A stretch of DNA of 53,369 bases from Methylococcaceae bacterium (GTDB taxonomy: Bacteria; Pseudomonadota; Gammaproteobacteria; Methylococcales; Methylococcaceae), in contig DATDOO010000223.1 in the NCBI GenBank assembly GCA_035293245.1, positions 1-53,369 of the forward strand. Direction: 5' to 3'. The notes below the pieces were generated by a model. The model had not been told where the DNA came from, made no database searches, and worked only from the letters and a program-made list of their open reading frames with translations. The stretch's first letter is position 1, and each line of letters begins with the position of its first letter. Below are positions 28,460-36,697 of the stretch, one piece after another. Position numbers and translations under genes: made by a program.

Positions 28460-29356
28460 ATGAGAGCGTTATTCAATACCCTGCGGTTTATTTTGACCCA
28501 CCCCTTGAGCAGGGGACGGCCGTTTCATGCGCTGGGGAGTTACTTTCGTTGGCAGTTGGGATGCCGGCTATTGTCCGGCAAGGTTGCCGTTCCTTTCGTG
28601 GGGTCAACCCGGCTTCTGGTGGGGGCGGGCATGACGGGAGCAACCGGGAACATCTATTGCGGTCTGCACGAGTTCGAGGACATGGGTTTCGTGTTGCATG
28701 CGCTGAGGCCAGGGGATTGTTTTGTGGACGTGGGGGCGAACGTGGGTGCTTACTCCGTGCTTGCCGCCGGTGCGTGCGGCGCTTCGGTGGTTGCTTGCGA
28801 GCCCGTTCCAGCGGCCTACGGGCATTTGACGGATAACCTGCGCCTGAACGACCTGGGCAGTCGGGTGGTCGCAAGAAACGTCGCGGTCGGGGCATCGGTC
28901 GGAACGGTGCGCTTTACGGATTCCCTGGATACGGTGAATCACGTTTTGTCGGAGGTCGAGTCCCGTGAGACCGGCGGCGTGACGGTCCCGGTCGATACCC
29001 TGGATAACCTGCTGCAGGGTTTGTCGCCCAAGGTCATGAAAATCGATGTGGAGGGCTATGAGGCCGAGGTAATCAAGGGAGGGCGGCGGACGTTTCATGA
29101 CCCCGGCCTTCTTGCGGTGCTGGTGGAGCTCAACGGCAGCGGGGCGCGCTACGGCTTTGACGAAGATCGGATCCGTGCGGAGCTGGTGGCTGCGGGGCTG
29201 GCGCCTTGCAGCTACAACCCGCTGAAGCGGGATCTGATCTTCTCCAATGAAAAGGCCGGTTGTTCCGGAAACACCTTGTTTGCGCGCGATGTGGCGGAGG
29301 TGCGGGAGCGGGTTTGCTCGGCGCCGCACTTCGCAGTGCACGGGCGATTGGTTTAG
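28460..29356 (+). CDS. FkbM-family methyltransferase
   Basis: CFVDVGANVGAYSVLAAG...VVACEPVPAAYGHL...KIDVEGYEAEVIKG carries the FkbM signatures. Confidence 0.8.
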   Translation: MRALFNTLRFILTHPLSRGRPFHALGSYFRWQLGCRLLSGKVAVPFVGSTRLLVGAGMTGATGNIYCGLHEFEDMGFVLHALRPGDCFVDVGANVGAYSVLAAGACGASVVACEPVPAAYGHLTDNLRLNDLGSRVVARNVAVGASVGTVRFTDSLDTVNHVLSEVESRETGGVTVPVDTLDNLLQGLSPKVMKIDVEGYEAEVIKGGRRTFHDPGLLAVLVELNGSGARYGFDEDRIRAELVAAGLAPCSYNPLKRDLIFSNEKAGCSGNTLFARDVAEVRERVCSAPHFAVHGRLV

Positions 29357-29365
29357 GCCGCGGCA

Positions 29366-30039
29366 GTGTCTTTTCCCGTGGGGAAGTGCAGCGTTCTGCC
29401 GGTGCGGAGCGCCCTGGGACGGGCCGTGCCGCGCCGGGTTTGGTTGCTGGGCTGGCTGGTGGTCCTGCTTGCCGCCGGTATGGGCTGGGCGTCGTTTCAC
29501 GTCGGGCCGTTTCTGTCCAGCCGCAGCATCGTCCCGTCGCCGGCGATCTTCTGGTGATTCTGGGTGGCGGACTGGGTGAGCGGGCACGCACGGGGGCGGA
29601 TTTGTATCGCGACGGGTTCGCTCCGCGGATTTTGCTGACCGGCATTGCGGAAACCGGGGTAACCGCGGCGAGCCCGGAACCATTTTTCCGCCTGCCGTAC
29701 CTGCGGTTCCGGGGTGTTCCGCCCGAAGCGATGATTCTGGATTCGGCAGTCGATTCCACCTGGGAGGAAGCCTGGCTGATCCGCAAGCTTTGCCTGGAGC
29801 ACCACTGGCGGACGGTGCTTGTGGTCAGCGATCCGCCGCATTTCCGGCGGTTGTCGTGGAGTTTGGTCAGCGCGACGGCTGGCACGGACATCGACTGGCG
29901 GTTGGTGCCGGCCCAGTCGCCTTGGTGGAACGCCGGTTCCTGGTGGGACAACCCCCGCGCCGTGGAATTCGTGGGCAAGGAAGTTTTCAAGTCGGCGTTT
30001 TACCTGTTTCGTTACGGGGCGGGTCTTGGTACGGGTTGA
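29366..30039 (+). pseudogene. DUF218 / YdcF-ElyC family gene split over two reading frames (frameshift or sequencing error)
   Basis: GTG 29366 opens a GC3-rich frame encoding a positive-inside TM anchor (RAVPRRVWLLGWLVVLLAAGMGWASF...SPAIFW*), stopping at 29555-29557. From about 29548 the adjacent frame encodes the canonical DUF218 core: LLVILGGGLGERARTGADLYRDGFAPRILLTG...VLVVSDPPHFRR. Restoring one base near 29549-29553 would give ...SPAIFLVILGGG. Confidence 0.5.
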
Positions 30040-30114
30040 CTGACCGGAATTGCAGCGCACGCCGCGCGCCGCGGGGCTGCGGCGGGAGATTTATGAATTT
30101 TTTGGAGTTCGTCT

Positions 30115-31737
30115 TTGAACAAGAATCCTATAGCCGGGGCGCAAACCGCGATGACCTATTTCGTCGTTCCTGGGCGAACCTGGATAAGGCTGGCCGGATT
30201 GGCCGCGGTTTTCGTTCTTCTTTTTTTCGAAATCATTGCCCTGCTGGTCGGCAACTGGCTGAGCAGCGAGGAGTACAGCCACGGCATTTTGATTCCCTTT
30301 ATCGGCGCATTTTTGATCTGGCAAAAGAAGAACGAGCTGGCTCGGTATGATTTCGAGGGCTCCTGGGCTGGCATGGGGCTTTTGCTGGCGGGAGTGGTCC
30401 TTTTTGTTTTCGGCGAACTCGCCAGCTTGCAGATTTTGCTCGAATACGCGCTGGTCATCGTATTGATGGGCGCGGCGTGGGGATTGGTCGGGCCACGTAT
30501 TTTCAAGGAAATATGGCTGCCGCTGTTTTTCCTGTTTTTTGCCATTCCCTTACCCAATTTTCTTTATCAGGGCCTTTCGTCCAAATTGCAGTTGGTTTCC
30601 TCCCAACTCGGCGTTTCCTTCATTCGTTTCTGCGACATCAGCGTTTATCTGGAAGGCAACGTCATCGACCTGGGCGCCATGCAGCTTCAGGTGGTGGAGG
30701 CGTGCAGCGGGCTGCGCTACCTGTTTCCGCTGCTGACCCTCGCGTTCATGTGCGCATACATTTACAAGGCGGCGTTGTGGAAGCGGGCGGTCATTTTCCT
30801 GTCAAGCATCCCCATTACCATCTTCATGAACAGTTTCCGCATCGGCGTCATCGGGGTGACGGTGGAGTATTTCGGCAAGGCGGCGGCCGAAGGCTTCCTG
30901 CACGACTTCGAGGGCTGGTTCGTGTTCATGGCCTGCACCGCCATTCTGGTCGCGGAAATGTGGCTCCTGGCGCGGCTCGGCAAGGAGCCGCGCGCTTTGG
31001 GGGATGTGTTCGGTCTGACGTTTCCCGCACCTTTGCCACCCGGAGCGGAGTTTCGCGAGCGGGCGTTGCCGAAGCAGTTCTGGGCGGTCGCGGCCTTGTT
31101 ACTGGCGGCGTTGGGTGTGTCGCTGTCGCTGGGACAGCGGGAAGAGGTCGTTCCTTCGCGCGCCGGTTTTGCGGACTTTCCCTTGACGATCGCCGAGTGG
31201 ACCGGTCGCCGGCAGACCATGGATCGGCAGTATGTCGAGGCCTTGAAGTTCGACGACTACATCCTGGCGGATTTTGTCAGGCCCCCTCGCCCTGGGGATG
31301 AGGGAAAAAAGCCGGTCGCGCCGGTCAACTTCTATTCGGCTTACTACGCCAACCAGCGCAAGGGCGAGTCCATCCATTCGCCGCGTTCGTGCATTCCGGG
31401 CGGGGGCTGGCAGATCGCCTCGCACGAGGTGGTGAGCGTGGACGGCGTATCTGTCCGGGGACAGCCGATGAAGTTCAACCGGTTACTTATCCAGAAGGGC
31501 GAGGATCGGCAACTGGTGTATTACTGGTTCCAGCAGCGCGGCAGGAACTTGACCAACGAGTACCTGGTGAAGTGGTTTCTGTTCCAGGATGCGCTGGCCA
31601 TGAACCGCAGCGACGGCGCCCTGGTGCGGCTGGTCACGCCGTCCCCGCGCGGCGAGGACCTGGCCGACGCCGACCGGCGGTTGGGGGAGTTTCTGCAGGT
31701 GCTGTTGCCGACGCTGGATCGGCATATTCCCAATTGA
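30115..31737 (+). CDS. xrtA: Exosortase A fused to a C-terminal EpsI-family domain
   Basis: Eight-TM N-terminal half with the exosortase Cys/Arg/His triad contexts: VVEACSGLRYL (Cys197, nt 30703-30705), MNSFRIGVIG (Arg242), FLHDFEGWF (His263). The C-terminal ~200 aa (FPLTIAEWTG...IHSPRSCIPGGGW...YYWFQQRG...DGALVRLVTP) are EpsI-like. The start is TTG 30115 or ATG 30151. Confidence 0.9.
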   Translation: MNKNPIAGAQTAMTYFVVPGRTWIRLAGLAAVFVLLFFEIIALLVGNWLSSEEYSHGILIPFIGAFLIWQKKNELARYDFEGSWAGMGLLLAGVVLFVFGELASLQILLEYALVIVLMGAAWGLVGPRIFKEIWLPLFFLFFAIPLPNFLYQGLSSKLQLVSSQLGVSFIRFCDISVYLEGNVIDLGAMQLQVVEACSGLRYLFPLLTLAFMCAYIYKAALWKRAVIFLSSIPITIFMNSFRIGVIGVTVEYFGKAAAEGFLHDFEGWFVFMACTAILVAEMWLLARLGKEPRALGDVFGLTFPAPLPPGAEFRERALPKQFWAVAALLLAALGVSLSLGQREEVVPSRAGFADFPLTIAEWTGRRQTMDRQYVEALKFDDYILADFVRPPRPGDEGKKPVAPVNFYSAYYANQRKGESIHSPRSCIPGGGWQIASHEVVSVDGVSVRGQPMKFNRLLIQKGEDRQLVYYWFQQRGRNLTNEYLVKWFLFQDALAMNRSDGALVRLVTPSPRGEDLADADRRLGEFLQVLLPTLDRHIPN

Positions 31738-31783
31738 CCCGAGTTAAAGACGCGATGAGTTCGAATCTGGCCCGACGCACACC

Positions 31784-33409
31784 ATGCAACTGTTTTTCAT
31801 CTTTTTGACCGCGTTGTTCGTCTCGATGGTGGCGGTGGCGTTTTTCATGCGTCTGGCGCCCCGCCTGGGGTTCGTCGACGAGCCGGATGCGCGCAAGGTT
31901 CACGTCAAGCGGGTGCCGCGGGGGGCGGGAATCGGCATGGTATTGGGCCTGGTCGCGTCCGTGATGGCCTGGACGGATGGCGGTCATACCCAGCAAGCGT
32001 TTTTTGTGGGGGTCATCGTCATCAGCGTGTTCGGATTATGGGACGACCGTTCCGATCTCAATTACCGCTTGAAGTTCGCGGGGCAGTTGCTGGCGGTCCT
32101 GATCGCGGTCTGGTACGGCGACGTGGTGATCGAGCGCGTGCCCCTGGTCGACGACGAGGCCGTTCCCGCCTTCGTGACGTATCCCCTGACGGTGTTTTTC
32201 CTGCTGGGCACGACCAACGCGGTCAATCTTTCCGATGGCTTGGACGGCCTGGCCGCCGGACTGAGCCTGTTGAGCCTGGTGTGCATCGCTGGCTTGTCCC
32301 ACTTGTCGGAGAGCCGCGAACCGGTGTTCCTGGCCGTTGCCATCATGGGCGGAGTTCTGGGCTTTCTGCGCTTCAATACCCATCCCGCCCAGGTGTTCAT
32401 GGGCGACACGGGGAGCCAGTTTCTCGGATTCAGCCTCGGGGTTCTGGCGGTCATCCTGACCCAGCGCGCCAACACCGCGCTCGCTGCTTCCCTGCCGTTG
32501 CTCGCCCTGGGGCTGCCCATCGTCGATACGCTGACGGTCATGGTGCAGCGCATGGCGCGGGGCCAGTCGCCGTTCAAGCCGGACCGGAACCATTTTCATC
32601 ACAAGCTGTTGACGCTGGGTTTCGATCATCACGAAGCCGTGCTGACGATCTATCTCATTCAGTCCCTGTTCGTGATTTCCGCCTATCTGTTTCGCTACGA
32701 ATCCGAGGCGTTCTTATTGGTTTATTACGGCGTGCTGGCTGCCGCCATCGTGCTGTCCTATCCGCTGGCGCAGGCGTGTCGCTGGCGTCTGCACAGCGGG
32801 CGGCCGGCAGGCGCGTCTCTTCCCAGTCGCGTGGTCGGCATGTTGCGCAGTGCGGTCGGCATCGAAAAATATTCCCGCTGGGCCGTCGGAATCGCTATTC
32901 CGGCATTCCTGGTCGTGGGCGCCTTCCAGGCGGAAGACATCGGGTCCGATACCGGCTATGCGGCGGTGGCCATCCTGGTTGCGGCGCTGGCGTTCCGCTT
33001 GATGCGGCTCCCCGTGATCAACCCGGTGGAAAGATTGGCGATTTACTTTTGCGTGATCCTCGCCGTCTATTCCATGGAATCCCAGGCCGTCACGCAGCCC
33101 GAATGGCAAAGCGGGCTCAACTGGTTTTACCTGGCGCTCACGTTGTCGATCGGCTTAGGGGTGCGTTTCTCGGGCGGCCATTACTTTGCGCTGACCCCAT
33201 CCGACTACCTGGTCATGCTCATCCTGCTCGCTGCGGCGAATCTGTCGGTCTTCGAGGGCACCAACTACGCCAAGCTGGCGGCGGAATCGGCGGTGATGCT
33301 CTATGGCGTCGAATTCGTGCTGAGGAAGCCGCGCTTCACGTCCCGCGTCTTGTGGGGCGGGGCGATGGGCGCGTTTGTGCTGGTGGCGCTGAAAACCGTC
33401 TCGGTTTAG
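31784..33409 (+). CDS. WecA/MraY-family polyprenyl-phosphate sugar-1-phosphate transferase (initiating enzyme) with an extra C-terminal membrane region
   Basis: DEPDARKVH, NAVNLSDGLDGLAAG and VFMGDTGSQFLGF are the GT4/MraY-WecA signatures. At 541 aa it is longer than the ~360 aa typical of WecA. The last ~190 aa are additional hydrophobic helices. Confidence 0.85.
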   Translation: MQLFFIFLTALFVSMVAVAFFMRLAPRLGFVDEPDARKVHVKRVPRGAGIGMVLGLVASVMAWTDGGHTQQAFFVGVIVISVFGLWDDRSDLNYRLKFAGQLLAVLIAVWYGDVVIERVPLVDDEAVPAFVTYPLTVFFLLGTTNAVNLSDGLDGLAAGLSLLSLVCIAGLSHLSESREPVFLAVAIMGGVLGFLRFNTHPAQVFMGDTGSQFLGFSLGVLAVILTQRANTALAASLPLLALGLPIVDTLTVMVQRMARGQSPFKPDRNHFHHKLLTLGFDHHEAVLTIYLIQSLFVISAYLFRYESEAFLLVYYGVLAAAIVLSYPLAQACRWRLHSGRPAGASLPSRVVGMLRSAVGIEKYSRWAVGIAIPAFLVVGAFQAEDIGSDTGYAAVAILVAALAFRLMRLPVINPVERLAIYFCVILAVYSMESQAVTQPEWQSGLNWFYLALTLSIGLGVRFSGGHYFALTPSDYLVMLILLAAANLSVFEGTNYAKLAAESAVMLYGVEFVLRKPRFTSRVLWGGAMGAFVLVALKTVSV

Positions 33410-33564
33410 CCCCGCGTTGTGATCGGAATGTTGACGGCCGAACGGTGGGTTACGGTGCGCAATGAAGGCGAGGACAACCGTCGGACATCGTCCCCATGCG
33501 CCCCCCTGCAAATCCGATCCGGCGCCGGGCGACCCATCGAATATCCCTTAAAGGACTGCCAACC

Positions 33565-34989
33565 ATGACCCTCTATCCGGTGATTCTTTCCGGCGGCTCC
33601 GGCACGCGGCTGTGGCCCCTCTCCCGCGAGGCCTATCCCAAGCAGTTGTTGCCCCTGGCTTCCGACCGGTCGCTGCTGCAGGAAACCGTCCTGCGCCTGA
33701 CGGGCTTGCCCGCCGTGGCCGACCCGCTGCTGGTGTGCAATCACGGCCACCGGTTTCTGGTGGCTGAGCAACTGCGGGAACTGGACGTGAGTCCCCTGGC
33801 GATTTTCCTGGAGCCGGTGGGCCGCAACACGGCGCCGGCCATCGCGGCGGCGGCGTATGAATTGCTGCGGCGGGACGAGGACGCGGTGATGCTGGTGTTG
33901 CCCGCCGATCATCTGATCCTGGACGTGGACGCCTTTCAACAGGCCGTCGCGCGCGCCGGCCACGCCGTGGCTGATGGCAATCTGGTGACGTTCGGCATCG
34001 TGCCCGACCGTCCCGAAACGGGCTACGGCTACATTTGCCAGGGTCAGCCACTGGCTGGGGAAGGCGTGTACCGGGTCGAACGTTTCGTGGAAAAACCCGA
34101 CGAACGGACGGCATCGGCCTATCTGGCGGAGGGCGGTTATTACTGGAACAGCGGCATGTTCCTGTTCCAGGCGAAAACCTACCTGACCGAACTGGAGGCG
34201 TTTCGCCCCGCAATCGCCCAAGCGAGCCGGGAAGCCATGCAAGCGGCGCGGGCGGACCTGGACTTTGTTCGCCTGGACGAGACGGCATTCAAAAGCTGCC
34301 CGTCGGAATCCATCGACTACGCGGTCATGGAACACACGAGCAAGGCGGCGGTGGTTCCCGTCGACATCGGCTGGAGCGACATCGGCTCCTGGTCGGCGTT
34401 GTGGGATACGGGCGGCAAGGACGCCGACGGCAACGTGCTGCGCGGCGACGTGTTCGCGGCGGGGGTGTCCAACTCCTTCGTGCGCGCGGAAAGCCGCATC
34501 GTGGCGGTGCTCGGCATCTCCGACGCGGTGATCGTGGAAACCCGGGACGCCGTGCTGGTGGCGCATAAGGACAGCGCCCAGGACGTGAAAAAGGTGGTCG
34601 AGCATTTGAAGGCCGCCGGGCGTTCCGAACACCTGTTCCATACCAGGGTTTACCGGCCCTGGGGATGGTACGAAGGCATCGATGCCGGAGCGCGCTTCCA
34701 GGTGAAGCGCATCATGGTGAACCCCGGCGCAAAGCTGTCCCTGCAGATGCACCATCACCGGGCCGAGCACTGGGTGGTGGTCACCGGCACGGCGCGCATC
34801 ACCCGCGACGGCGAGACGGAACTGGTGAGCGAAAACCAGTCCACCTACATCCCCCTGGGCGTGAAGCACCGGCTGGAAAATCCCGGCCAGATTCCCTTGC
34901 ATCTCATCGAGGTCCAGTCCGGCGCCTATCTGGGCGAGGACGACATTGTGCGTTTCGAGGACGTGTACCGGCGGGAAACGGAGTCCTGA
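33565..34989 (+). CDS. manC: Bifunctional mannose-1-phosphate guanylyltransferase / mannose-6-phosphate isomerase (type II PMI-GMP)
   Basis: MTLYPVILSGGSGTRLWPLSRE...GNLVTFGI.P..PETGYGYI... and the C-terminal cupin region VNPGAKLSLQMHHHRAEHWVVV.G. ATG 33565 is preferred. Confidence 0.93.
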   Translation: MTLYPVILSGGSGTRLWPLSREAYPKQLLPLASDRSLLQETVLRLTGLPAVADPLLVCNHGHRFLVAEQLRELDVSPLAIFLEPVGRNTAPAIAAAAYELLRRDEDAVMLVLPADHLILDVDAFQQAVARAGHAVADGNLVTFGIVPDRPETGYGYICQGQPLAGEGVYRVERFVEKPDERTASAYLAEGGYYWNSGMFLFQAKTYLTELEAFRPAIAQASREAMQAARADLDFVRLDETAFKSCPSESIDYAVMEHTSKAAVVPVDIGWSDIGSWSALWDTGGKDADGNVLRGDVFAAGVSNSFVRAESRIVAVLGISDAVIVETRDAVLVAHKDSAQDVKKVVEHLKAAGRSEHLFHTRVYRPWGWYEGIDAGARFQVKRIMVNPGAKLSLQMHHHRAEHWVVVTGTARITRDGETELVSENQSTYIPLGVKHRLENPGQIPLHLIEVQSGAYLGEDDIVRFEDVYRRETES

Positions 34990-35010
34990 GCGGGAGAGGC
35001 CTTGAGTTAG

Positions 35011-35466
35011 TTACCCTTGCAACGCCGACAGCAGGGCCTGCAGGGATTCCGGATCGGCCAGGCGGTGTTCGTGACCGACCGTGATCAGGCTGGACTCGGG
35101 CAGGCCGCTGTTCTCAAGCAGCTCCAGGCTGTCGGCGAATGGCACGACGTCGTCCTCGCGGGCGTGCAGAATCCGCGTACCGGGCTTGACCGTCCGCGCC
35201 GTTCCCCAGCGTTTCCAGGCGGGACAGAGCAGGACCAGCCGGGCATCGCCCGAGCGGAGGTTCATGGCGATGGCCCCACCGCGGCTGGAGCCCGCCACGA
35301 TGGCCGGAGGCTGCGTGTCGAATGCTTCCTGGGCGAGGCGCACCGCCGCATCGAAGTCGTCGTCGGGCAGCGCGGGCTGGATCAATTCCAGGCCGTGTTC
35401 GATGAGATAGGCGGGCTTGACGCCGAAAGGGACCGAATGCCAGCCGTGGAGGTACAGGATTTTCAT
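35011..35466 (-). CDS. Small alpha/beta-hydrolase-fold protein (YqiA/serine-hydrolase-like)
   Basis: MKILYLHGWHS..., a nucleophile elbow G-S-S-R-G (VAGSSRGG), and C-terminal GHEHRL. The ATG was verified as CAT at 35464-35466. The longer ORF reaching 36096 is a GC-rich extension. Confidence 0.6.
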   Translation of the reverse strand: MKILYLHGWHSVPFGVKPAYLIEHGLELIQPALPDDDFDAAVRLAQEAFDTQPPAIVAGSSRGGAIAMNLRSGDARLVLLCPAWKRWGTARTVKPGTRILHAREDDVVPFADSLELLENSGLPESSLITVGHEHRLADPESLQALLSALQG

Positions 35467-35550
35467 GGCGTTTTCGAAGGTGTTCCGGATGCGGGGCGGA
35501 TGGTAACCGCGCGGACGGGTGCGGTTCCAGCGCCGGCGGCGGGATAAAAC

Positions 35551-35580
35551 TTGAAACGGTCCGGCCGGGACGGCCACAAT
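35551..35580 (+). promoter_or_regulatory. Sigma-70 promoter candidate for yjbQ
   Basis: TTGAAA (35551-35556), 18-nt spacer, CACAAT (35575-35580). It lies 34 nt upstream of ATG 35614. Confidence 0.3.
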
Positions 35581-35613
35581 CCTCACTCCGACCCACCTGC
35601 GTCCGGTATTCCC

Positions 35614-36039
35614 ATGGCTTTGGCTTCCACCAGCAAAACCCTCGCCCTCGCCACCCGCGGCCGCGGCCTCACGGACTTCACCCACGCGGTGCGCCAGTTC
35701 GTGGGCGACAGCGCCCTGCGGAACGGCCTGCTCACCGTCTTCTGCCGCCACACCTCGGCGAGCCTGCTTATCCAGGAAAACGCCGACCCCGACGTGCGCG
35801 CCGACCTGGAACGCTTCTTCGCGCGCCTGGTTCGGGACGGCGCCCCGCTTTTCGAACACACTCTGGAAGGTTCCGACGACATGCCTGCCCACGTGCGCAC
35901 CGCACTGACCCAAACCCAGCTCTCCATTCCTCTCCTCGACGGCCGGCTCGCCCTCGGCGCCTGGCAAGGGATTTATCTGTGGGAGCATCGCACCGCGGGG
36001 CACCGCCGGGAGGTGGTCCTGCACCTCCTCGGCGAATAG
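35614..36039 (+). CDS. yjbQ: YjbQ/UPF0047 family protein (secondary thiamine-phosphate synthase-like)
   Basis: GLLTVFCRHTSASLLIQENADPDVRADLE...EGSDDMPAHVR..L....LSIPL.DGRLALGAWQGIYLWEHR is the hallmark pattern. Confidence 0.85.
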   Translation: MALASTSKTLALATRGRGLTDFTHAVRQFVGDSALRNGLLTVFCRHTSASLLIQENADPDVRADLERFFARLVRDGAPLFEHTLEGSDDMPAHVRTALTQTQLSIPLLDGRLALGAWQGIYLWEHRTAGHRREVVLHLLGE

Positions 36040-36055
36040 CCCCTTGGCCTTTCGG

Positions 36056-36697
36056 ATGAACGACCGCATGTCCGCAGAAGACGCCACCCGCACCACCCAG
36101 CGCCGCTACGACCGGATCGCCTTCTGCTTCGACGCGCTCGAAGCCCTGATGGAAAGGCGTTTCCGGCCCTGGCGGCACGCCTTGTGGGCCAGGGTTCCGC
36201 CCGGGCGGGTGCTGGAAATCGGCGTCGGCACCGGAAAAAACCTGCCCCACTACCCACCGGGCGCGGCGGTGACGGCCGTCGACCTGAGTGCGGGCATGTT
36301 GTGGCGCGCGCTGAAGCGTAAGGAGCAACTTGGGGCTGAAGTTTCCCTGTCCCAGATGGATGCCCAGCAACTTGCGTTTCCGGACGGCAGCTTCGACGCC
36401 GTCGTCGGCACCTTCGTTTTCTGTTCCGTGCCCGATCCGGTCGCCGGCTTGCGCGAACTGAAACGGGTGCTGAAGCCCGGCGGCAGGATTTTCCTGCTGG
36501 AACACGTGCGCAGCGAGCAACCCGTTCTGGGGTGGTGCATGGATCGTCTCAATCCGCTCGTAGTGCGGCTGGTGGGCGCGAACATCAACCGCCGCACCGT
36601 GGAGAACTGCCGTCAGGCGGGTCTGCTATTGGATTCGGTTGAAGAGCTGACCCCCGGTGGGCTGGTGCTCCGTCTGGAACTCAAATCAATTCATTGA
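36056..36697 (+). CDS. Class I SAM-dependent methyltransferase (Methyltransf_11-like)
   Basis: VLEIGVGTGKNL...VTAVDLSAGML...FDAVVGTFVFCSVPD...LKPGGRIFLLEH. The start is ATG 36056 or TTG 36044. Confidence 0.75.
   Translation: MNDRMSAEDATRTTQRRYDRIAFCFDALEALMERRFRPWRHALWARVPPGRVLEIGVGTGKNLPHYPPGAAVTAVDLSAGMLWRALKRKEQLGAEVSLSQMDAQQLAFPDGSFDAVVGTFVFCSVPDPVAGLRELKRVLKPGGRIFLLEHVRSEQPVLGWCMDRLNPLVVRLVGANINRRTVENCRQAGLLLDSVEELTPGGLVLRLELKSIH

Noticed and set aside
29247-29579. Alternative frames over the DUF218 5' region: the 110-aa ORF 29247-29579 and the 29260 start of the 259-aa ORF.
   Set aside because: Both overlap the end of the FkbM gene and encode Arg/Gly/Ala-rich sequence with no membrane anchor or family motif. 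The frame from GTG 29366 has better codon bias and a plausible anchor.
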